Assembly (NCBI GenBank): GCA_036960375.1
Contig: JBALVY010000001.1
Location: forward strand, 42,293-106,292
DNA: 64,000 nt
Source of the DNA: Pseudomonadales bacterium
GTDB lineage: Bacteria > Pseudomonadota > Gammaproteobacteria > Pseudomonadales > CAWVSB01
Direction of reading: 5' to 3'
The position numbers were made by a program, and so were the translations under genes. Position 1 is the stretch's first letter. Each line of letters begins with the position of its first letter. Under the pieces are notes generated by a model that was not told the DNA's origin, ran no database searches, and saw only the letters and a program-made list of their open reading frames with translations. Positions 58,059 through 64,000 of this stretch are shown one piece after another.

Positions 58059-58508
58059 ATGATGTCTACTATCGCAACACAATTGATTCAAACCAACCGC
58101 TCTTTCGCAAGCCTTGCATTACGTGTTCCCTTAGGCCTTACCCTCGCCGCCCATGGCGCACAGAAACTGTTTGGCTGGTTCGGCGGCTACGGCCTTGAAG
58201 GTACCGGCCAGTGGATGGCCTCGATAGGGCTGGAACCGGGCTATCTTATGGCTATAGGCGCCGGTGGCGCAGAATTTTTCGGCGGTCTCGCACTCGCACT
58301 CGGTTTACTCACCAGGCCAGCGGCTCTTGTCAGCGCATTTACCATGCTAGTCGCACTGGTGGTCGTACATCTAGAGAATGGGTTTTTCCTCAGTAATAAC
58401 GGCTACGAATATGCTCTCATACTATTTGCCGCCAGCCTGAGTCTGATTTTTAGTGGCGCTGGCAGCTGGTCTATAGATCGATTAATTCAATCACCTAGCG
58501 CACAATAA
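58059..58508 (+). CDS. DoxX-family inner-membrane protein (YqjF-like)
   Basis: GGAGA just upstream of ATG 58059/58062. Four TM segments. Pattern LALRVPLGLTLAAHGAQKLFGWFGGYG. Confidence 0.75.
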   Translation: MMSTIATQLIQTNRSFASLALRVPLGLTLAAHGAQKLFGWFGGYGLEGTGQWMASIGLEPGYLMAIGAGGAEFFGGLALALGLLTRPAALVSAFTMLVALVVVHLENGFFLSNNGYEYALILFAASLSLIFSGAGSWSIDRLIQSPSAQ

Positions 58509-58521
58509 ACGGAGATTCATC

Positions 58522-59490
58522 GTGGGATTATTAGTTAACGGCAAGTGGCAGGACCGGTGGTATGACACCAAACAAAGTGACGGGGCTTTTGTGCGCGAGG
58601 ACGCTGGCTTTCGCAACTGGGTAACCACTACAGGTGAGGCCGGACCAACCGGCTCCGGCGGATTCAAAGCTGAACCCGATCGTTATCATCTCTTTGTGTC
58701 TCTGGCATGTCCGTGGGCTCACAGAACGCTGATCTTTCGTGGCTTGAAAAAACTGCAGGACATTATTGCCGTTACCGTTGTCGACCCCCTTATGCTGAGT
58801 AACGGCTGGGAGTTTAGCGAGGTTTCTCAAGACCTGCCTATAGCCGATCTCAAGTTTCTGCACCAGGTTTATACTCATGCCCAAAAAGACTATAGCGGCC
58901 GTGTCACAGTCCCTGTGCTTTGGGACAAAAAGCAAAATACTATCGTTAACAACGAGTCGGCTGATATTATCAGAATGTTTAACAGCGCCTTTAATGCCTT
59001 TACCGATGTAAAAACCGACTACTACCCGAGCGTATTACACAGCCAGATCGACGAGCTAAATCAGGTGATTTATGACAGTGTCAACAATGGGGTTTATCGA
59101 GCAGGTTTTGCCACCACGCAAGCTGCCTACGAGGAAGCATTTGACCGCCTTTTCGATACGCTCGATCAATTGGAACTGCGCTTGGCCTCTAGCCGTTATT
59201 TGCATGGCGATACTATTACTGAAACCGACTGGCGTCTGTTCACCACGCTGATTCGTTTTGATGCCGTCTACTTTGGTCACTTCAAAACCAACCGGCAGCT
59301 ACTGGAAAGCTATTCCAACCTTGCAGGCTTTGTGCGTGATTTATACCAACAGCCAGGTGTCTCTGAAACGGTGAATTTTGAGCATATTAAAAACCATTAC
59401 TACATGAGCCAAATCACTATCAACCCTACAGGTATAGTGCCTAAGGGCACAGCACCCGATTTCAGTCGTCCACACAACAGAGAATTATAA
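58522..59490 (+). CDS. yqjG: Glutathionyl-hydroquinone reductase (Xi-class GST, YqjG-like)
   Basis: GTG start. Active-site motif YHLFVSLACPWAHRTLI. Overall length and pattern match YqjG/ECM4-type GS-HQRs. Confidence 0.85.
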   Translation: MGLLVNGKWQDRWYDTKQSDGAFVREDAGFRNWVTTTGEAGPTGSGGFKAEPDRYHLFVSLACPWAHRTLIFRGLKKLQDIIAVTVVDPLMLSNGWEFSEVSQDLPIADLKFLHQVYTHAQKDYSGRVTVPVLWDKKQNTIVNNESADIIRMFNSAFNAFTDVKTDYYPSVLHSQIDELNQVIYDSVNNGVYRAGFATTQAAYEEAFDRLFDTLDQLELRLASSRYLHGDTITETDWRLFTTLIRFDAVYFGHFKTNRQLLESYSNLAGFVRDLYQQPGVSETVNFEHIKNHYYMSQITINPTGIVPKGTAPDFSRPHNREL

Positions 59491-59503
59491 GGAGGTCTCT
59501 AAC

Positions 59504-60364
59504 ATGCAAACACAAATCAGAGAACTACAGCAACGCATCCCTGCGCAGGCCACAACCGATGGCGACGGCGTTAACATCAGCCGGGTCGCGCCACCGCTTA
59601 AGGCCGGCCTGCTGGACCCATTTTTACTGCTGGACGAAATTGTCTCAGATGATGCGGCTGATTACATCGGCGGCTTCCCGCCCCACCCTCATCGTGGTTT
59701 TGAAACAGTCACTTATATGATCGATGGCGCGTTTAGCCACAAGGATCATTTAGGTAATGAAGGTCGACTCGTGGCAGGCGGCGTGCAATGGATGACCGCA
59801 GGCAAAGGTGTCATACATTCCGAAATGCCTGAGCAAGATGAAGGCAGACTACACGGTTTTCAGCTATGGATTAACCTACCTGCTGCTGAAAAAATGAGCC
59901 CACCGCAATATCGTGAAATACATCCGGCACAAATTCCGGTGATTACCACCACCCACGGCGTCGTCGCCAAAGTTATCGCGGGCCAGCTGATTTTAGACGG
60001 TCAATCGGTGACCGGTCCGGTAACCGAGGTGACAAGTCAGCCGGATTACATAGACCTCTATCTGCCTGCAGATTCAACGATAGAGATTCCAGTAGATCCG
60101 GATAAAAAAGTGCTGTTGATGGTATTTGAGGGCGAGCTCAAGGTTGGCGATAAAGACAGCTTATTGAAGCAACAAGAAATGGGCATTCTTGGCGAGGGCA
60201 ATAGTCTTCAGCTCAAAACTGGCCAATCCAGCGCTCGGTTATTGCTACTGGCAGGTAGACCACTGAAGGAACCCATTGCTAACTGGGGGCCTTTTGTCAT
60301 GAATACGGCAGAAGAAATTGAGAAAGCTATCCAAGACTATCGCGATGGTCGCCTCACCGACTAG
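59504..60364 (+). CDS. Pirin-family protein
   Basis: Bicupin metal motif FPPHPHRGFETVTYM and WMTAGKGVIHSEMP. GGAGG SD upstream. Confidence 0.85.
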   Translation: MQTQIRELQQRIPAQATTDGDGVNISRVAPPLKAGLLDPFLLLDEIVSDDAADYIGGFPPHPHRGFETVTYMIDGAFSHKDHLGNEGRLVAGGVQWMTAGKGVIHSEMPEQDEGRLHGFQLWINLPAAEKMSPPQYREIHPAQIPVITTTHGVVAKVIAGQLILDGQSVTGPVTEVTSQPDYIDLYLPADSTIEIPVDPDKKVLLMVFEGELKVGDKDSLLKQQEMGILGEGNSLQLKTGQSSARLLLLAGRPLKEPIANWGPFVMNTAEEIEKAIQDYRDGRLTD

Positions 60365-60380
60365 ATCACATTAAACTGAG

Positions 60381-60779
60381 CTAATCCGCGTTATCAGCCA
60401 CATTCCTGAACCGGTGAATCTGACGGCGGTCCCTTTTTGTAGGTCGCCCTTGAGTCGCAATACCCGCGCCTGCAGCTTTGCGCAGTTTTGCCTCATCTTC
60501 CCGAGTTTTGATGCTTTCCTCGGTTTCTGCATACAGTAGCTGTGCCTCCACAGCGCTTCGTCTCTGGTCAGACAAGGCAAGTACTTCTACTGTTTTTTCA
60601 TCCCAGCCTTGCCTGATACGCAATTTGGCACCCAATACCACTTCTTTGCTGACCTTCACCCTAGCGCCATCATAGTGGACCTTGCCGCCGTCAATAGCTT
60701 GCTTGGCCAGGCTGCGAGTTTTAAAAAAACGGGCGGCCCATAGCCATTTATCCAGCCGTATTTTTTTCTGTTCATTCAT
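60381..60779 (-). CDS. hslR: Ribosome-associated heat shock protein Hsp15
   Basis: S4 domain RLDKWLWAARFFKTRSLAKQAIDGGKVHYDGARVK. ATG 60779 (MNEQKKIRLD) overlaps the yrfG end by 8 nt. Confidence 0.85.
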   Translation of the reverse strand: MNEQKKIRLDKWLWAARFFKTRSLAKQAIDGGKVHYDGARVKVSKEVVLGAKLRIRQGWDEKTVEVLALSDQRRSAVEAQLLYAETEESIKTREDEAKLRKAAGAGIATQGRPTKRDRRQIHRFRNVADNAD

Positions 60780-61431
60780 CGTTGGGCATAATCTCGTCAA
60801 AGTGATGGATAGCGGGATAACACAAGTTCTGTCGATGCCCGCCTTTGCTATCTGGCTCTAACAATGTCACCAGATGGACAATACCAAAATCTTCGGCAGC
60901 CTTGAGGACAGTTTCATTATCGTCAATAAGCAAAGTTCTCTCTGGGTCAAAATGATGTTCCTGATGTAGCTGCTGCCAAAATGCCTGCTGCTCCTTGGGG
61001 GCATTGTAGTCATGCGCCACTACGATAGCATCCAGCAGGGGGCGTAAATCATACTGCCGCATTTTAACCGCTACGCTATCGTGATGCGCGTTGGTAACAA
61101 TCAAACTCTTGCGATGGCTATTCTTCAAGGCAAGTAGAAACTCATCAACGTAAGGTCGTTTGGCTACCAGATGATTAATCTCCTCCTTTAGCGCCGGAAT
61201 ATCCACATCCAGTTGCTCGGACCAATAATCCGTACAATACCATTCCAGGCTGCCCTGCTGTGCAGTAAACCGGGCAATGAGCTGCAGCCTCGCTTGCTCA
61301 GCCGACACCTGATGAATTTCAGCATAGCGGCGCGGTAAATGATGTAGCCAAAACTGATTATCAAAATGTAAATCGAGCAGGGTGCCATCCATATCCAGCA
61401 ACACCGTATCAATTTGAGCCCAATCTAGCAT
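60772..61431 (-). CDS. yrfG: HAD-family GMP/IMP nucleotidase YrfG
   Basis: IDTVLLDMDGTLLDLHFDNQFW...WYCTDYWSEQLDVDI...LIVTNAH...LLIDDNE parallels E. coli YrfG as recalled. Conserved position upstream of hslR. Confidence 0.8.
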   Translation of the reverse strand: MLDWAQIDTVLLDMDGTLLDLHFDNQFWLHHLPRRYAEIHQVSAEQARLQLIARFTAQQGSLEWYCTDYWSEQLDVDIPALKEEINHLVAKRPYVDEFLLALKNSHRKSLIVTNAHHDSVAVKMRQYDLRPLLDAIVVAHDYNAPKEQQAFWQQLHQEHHFDPERTLLIDDNETVLKAAEDFGIVHLVTLLEPDSKGGHRQNLCYPAIHHFDEIMPNDE

Positions 61432-61518
61432 TCCATTTTCCCACTCTAAAGCGTCAATTTCCGGTAAAGTCCCGCCACAAGAGTGTATAGTTTACCCGAA
61501 GAATAACGAGTATTTACT

Positions 61519-62079
61519 GTGAAAAAAGTTTTACCTGAAGTGACAGCCAGCCAGTGGCTAACCCACTCACGGCTGTTTCATGTGGAAGAATTACAACTGA
61601 AATTCAGCAATGGTGTCGAGCGTACTTATGAGCGACTTAACCCGGGCTACCATCGGGCTGTTATGGTTCTTCCCATGTTGGATGATGACACCCTGCTACT
61701 GGTACGCGAATATGGCGCAGGTCTGGGCGACTATTATTTATCCTTTCCCAAGGGGGCGATAGATAGCGGAGAAACCAATATGCAAGCGGCAAACCGCGAA
61801 TTAATGGAGGAAGCTGGCCATGGTGCGCAAGTACTTACTTACCTTACACGTCTTAGCTTATCGCCTTCTTATATGGGGAATCAGATGGACATCATCCTTG
61901 GCCAAGACTTGTATCCGCAGCGGCTGGCTGGCGATGAACCCGAACAACTGGAGGTCGTTGCGCTAAGTTTTGCTCAGGTAGAACAAATGATCAGCAAAGG
62001 CGAAATAATGGAAGCCTATGCAGTTGCCGCCTTCTACATGCTGAAAGCCCGCAGGGATACTGCTCATGACGCTGGCTGA
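61519..62079 (+). CDS. nudE: ADP compounds hydrolase NudE (NUDIX)
   Basis: GTG start. SRLFHVEELQLKFSNGVERTYERL...ANRELMEEAGHGA...LSPSYMGNQMDIILGQDLYPQRLAGDEPE parallels E. coli NudE. Confidence 0.85.
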   Translation: MKKVLPEVTASQWLTHSRLFHVEELQLKFSNGVERTYERLNPGYHRAVMVLPMLDDDTLLLVREYGAGLGDYYLSFPKGAIDSGETNMQAANRELMEEAGHGAQVLTYLTRLSLSPSYMGNQMDIILGQDLYPQRLAGDEPEQLEVVALSFAQVEQMISKGEIMEAYAVAAFYMLKARRDTAHDAG

Positions 62080-62887
62080 TAAACTGCTGCCACTATGTCA
62101 ACTAGCCGGTGCTGCCATCATGGAGGTATATCGACAACCCGGCGATGTAGCGGTAGAGAGAAAAAGCGACAATACACCGGTTACCCAAGCAGATCATCTG
62201 GCCAATAGCATTTTGTGTGCCGGGCTCGAGCAGCTTGAGCCTGACACGCCTATTATCTCGGAGGAAAACAAGGCGCTGCCTCTCGCCGAGCGGCAACAAT
62301 GGCCTCGATACTGGTTAATAGACCCATTGGATGGAACCAAAGAATTCATTAATGGCACTGGCGAATTCTGCTGCTGCATAGCGCTAATGGAAAACCAACA
62401 ACCCAGCTTTGGGTTTATCTACGCTCCGGCGACTAACGAAGCCTGGTGGGGCGGTATCAACTGTCCGCCGATGAAACTTGCCAAGGGACAACAAATACCT
62501 CTTCCTTGCGGTGACTCTATTAACATCACCATGGTCGCCAGTCACCGAGGCTATATGCTTAGCGCTGTGTGCAAGCTGATAGAGCAACTGGAAAACGCCC
62601 TGGGGCCGGTCACTCGAATAGAGCTCGGCAGCGCCCTAAAGTATTGCCAATTAGCTGAAGGCAGTGGCCATATATACCCTTCTCTGGGTTTAACCAGTGA
62701 ATGGGACAGTGCTGCAGGCCAGGCAATTCTTGCCGCCAGCGGTGGTCAGATAGTCACCAGACAAGATCAAGCTTTGAAATATAATCAGTCGGAGAGCCTG
62801 CTCAACCCGCCCTTTTATGCGCTTTCTGGTGCAGCGGATATACAGAAACGGTTATCGGCCGCGATTTTTGATAAAAAATCGGTATAA
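62066..62887 (+). CDS. cysQ: 3'(2'),5'-bisphosphate nucleotidase CysQ
   Basis: Overlaps the nudE end by 14 nt. KSDNTPVTQAD, SEE, YWLIDPLDGTKEFI and WDSAAGQAIL are inositol-monophosphatase/CysQ motifs. Confidence 0.85.
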   Translation: MTLADKLLPLCQLAGAAIMEVYRQPGDVAVERKSDNTPVTQADHLANSILCAGLEQLEPDTPIISEENKALPLAERQQWPRYWLIDPLDGTKEFINGTGEFCCCIALMENQQPSFGFIYAPATNEAWWGGINCPPMKLAKGQQIPLPCGDSINITMVASHRGYMLSAVCKLIEQLENALGPVTRIELGSALKYCQLAEGSGHIYPSLGLTSEWDSAAGQAILAASGGQIVTRQDQALKYNQSESLLNPPFYALSGAADIQKRLSAAIFDKKSV

Positions 62888-63118
62888 CCAGCACAAACAA
62901 AGATCACCAATATAGTCTATGCTTTGGACAAGAAAAACGAGAATAAAGGAAGGTGCCCTGCGGGCGATGTTGCTCGCTAATCGATTTTAGCGACTATCCA
63001 ACGGTTAAGCCGTCCAACAATTCGTTTCGAACCCTGCCTGCATATTGCGGGCTTTGTGTTTTCGTGTTTTCCCCAGCAGGCAAGGATACGCCTGCAACCA
63101 TCTGGTCCGTCTGACTAC

Positions 63119-63146
63119 TAGCGACATAAACTGTCGCTATTTTTTT
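63119..63146 (+). terminator. Orphan plus-strand rho-independent terminator (possible sRNA 3' end)
   Basis: TAGCGAC-ATAAACT-GTCGCTA followed by TTTTTTT, 232 bp after the cysQ stop. The next gene is on the opposite strand. A second hairpin, GCAGGC-N8-GCCTGC, lies at 63076-63095. Confidence 0.6.
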
Positions 63147-63272
63147 GTCTATACTGTTTATGTCTCTTCAACCGCTGGCTCTTTGGTTAGACGAGGCTTC
63201 CACCAACTGATCGTAACCGGCACCACAAACGCAAGCTCCTCGCACCCAACCCCCAAACCCGATCAATACACG

Positions 63273-64000
63273 CTATGCCGCACCGAAATACAGATACAGC
63301 AAGACAACAACTGACACGGCCAAGACCCCGCTGGAAGCCTGCCAGAACCTTAGCGGATTTCGCTGCGCCAGTGGCCGGTGCTCGCGCTGCATATAATCCG
63401 GATTGGGATGCTGTAGATCATAAATTAGTTCGTCAACCTCCTGGAATCGACGCTCGGGTAAAAAACGTAATGACTTGCGAATAGCACCGTCCATCCATAC
63501 CGGCACCAACGGGTTTTCATGATAAGCCGCAACATATTCGGTGCTGGTATACGCGTTGGCATTACGGCAATGGGCCAAAGCGCCCTTAAAGGGAAGTTTG
63601 CCGGTAAGCATTTCAAACGCCACCACAGCCAGGGAAAAAATATCCGAGGCTGGCCCCACCTTTTTTAATAGAACATGCTCAGGTGCGGAGTAATCCGCCG
63701 TGCCCAATACCCGATCTCGCTTCAATGGCGTCGCTATTTCGGCGATACCAAAACTGTAACAAGAACCAAAGTCGATGATTTTTACCACACCACCGGGTCC
63801 AATCATTATGTTGTCCGGTTTGATGTCCTGATGCAGGATTTGCTTACGATGAAAAGCTCGCAGCCCTTTGCCGATCTGATCTAGCAAATAGACCGCCTCT
63901 TCAACCGCTGGTTTGTGCTGCTCACGAATCCACGTGGACAAGGGCACGCCGTCAACATATTCTGTCAGATAATACAAAAATGAACGGGGACGATCTGGCT
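63273..64000 (-). CDS. Ser/Thr protein kinase, C-terminal part (N-terminus off the window) with C-terminal TM anchor
   Basis: Frame is open to the window edge (…PDRPRSFLYYLTEYVDG). Catalytic loop LHQDIKPDNIM, DFGS and GTADYSAPE. C-terminal TM VLAVSVVVLLYLYF. Confidence 0.8.
   Translation of the reverse strand, partial: PDRPRSFLYYLTEYVDGVPLSTWIREQHKPAVEEAVYLLDQIGKGLRAFHRKQILHQDIKPDNIMIGPGGVVKIIDFGSCYSFGIAEIATPLKRDRVLGTADYSAPEHVLLKKVGPASDIFSLAVVAFEMLTGKLPFKGALAHCRNANAYTSTEYVAAYHENPLVPVWMDGAIRKSLRFLPERRFQEVDELIYDLQHPNPDYMQREHRPLAQRNPLRFWQASSGVLAVSVVVLLYLYFGAA

Noticed and set aside
63045-63314. 89-aa plus-strand ORF in the cysQ / kinase gap
   Set aside because: A strong intrinsic terminator (63119-63146) sits in the middle of it, and its 3' end overlaps the kinase gene. 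It has no SD.

Overview
This 64-kb chromosomal window is densely coding: about 55 protein genes and one tRNA-Arg(UCG). It looks like a marine or aquatic gammaproteobacterium. That is an inference from E. coli-like yrfG-hslR / nudE-cysQ and yqjF-yqjG synteny, three TonB-dependent receptors, and roughly 50% GC by eye. I saw no rRNA, CRISPR array, transposase, integrase, phage genes or recognisable defence system. Content from left to right: (1) M28 peptidase, then an ECF sigma, a very short FecR-type anti-sigma and a TonB-dependent receptor (TBDR). (2) A DASS symporter tail-to-tail with a fumarate-lyase-family enzyme that has a signal-like leader. (3) A visibly AT-richer CzcBA/CusBA-type metal efflux module with a CHHCCHCH protein, next to one secreted-protein gene bracketed by 25-bp direct repeats. 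(4) M19 dipeptidase, class II aldolase, Crp/Fnr regulator, carboxylesterase, FAH-family protein and a beta-barrel outer-membrane protein. (5) A P450 plus DDN-like operon, TetR, and Rieske dioxygenase alpha/beta. (6) A TM-TPR protein, tRNA-Arg, TBDR, a MetA-pathway-type outer-membrane channel, a pore-plus-tandem-RCK protein, and a translationally coupled pair of unknown exported proteins. (7) AI-2E transporter, NUDIX hydrolase, 7TMR-DISM GGDEF protein, eukaryote-type HisA, MFS transporter, crotonase and OxyR. (8) An amine-catabolism-like locus: two omega-transaminases, a LuxR regulator, a GS-like ligase, a TPR-sulfotransferase, a TBDR and a LysR regulator. (9) A LysR / DoxX-YqjG-pirin cluster, yrfG-hslR, nudE-cysQ, an orphan terminator, and a partial Ser/Thr kinase. 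The best candidates for something undescribed are the GS-like/sulfotransferase/TBDR operon, the coupled exported-protein pair at 35390-37245, the P450-DDN plus partner-less Rieske cluster, and the repeat-bracketed cassette beside the metal pump. None of these is demonstrated. All family calls come from motif recognition in the supplied translations, not from database searches.
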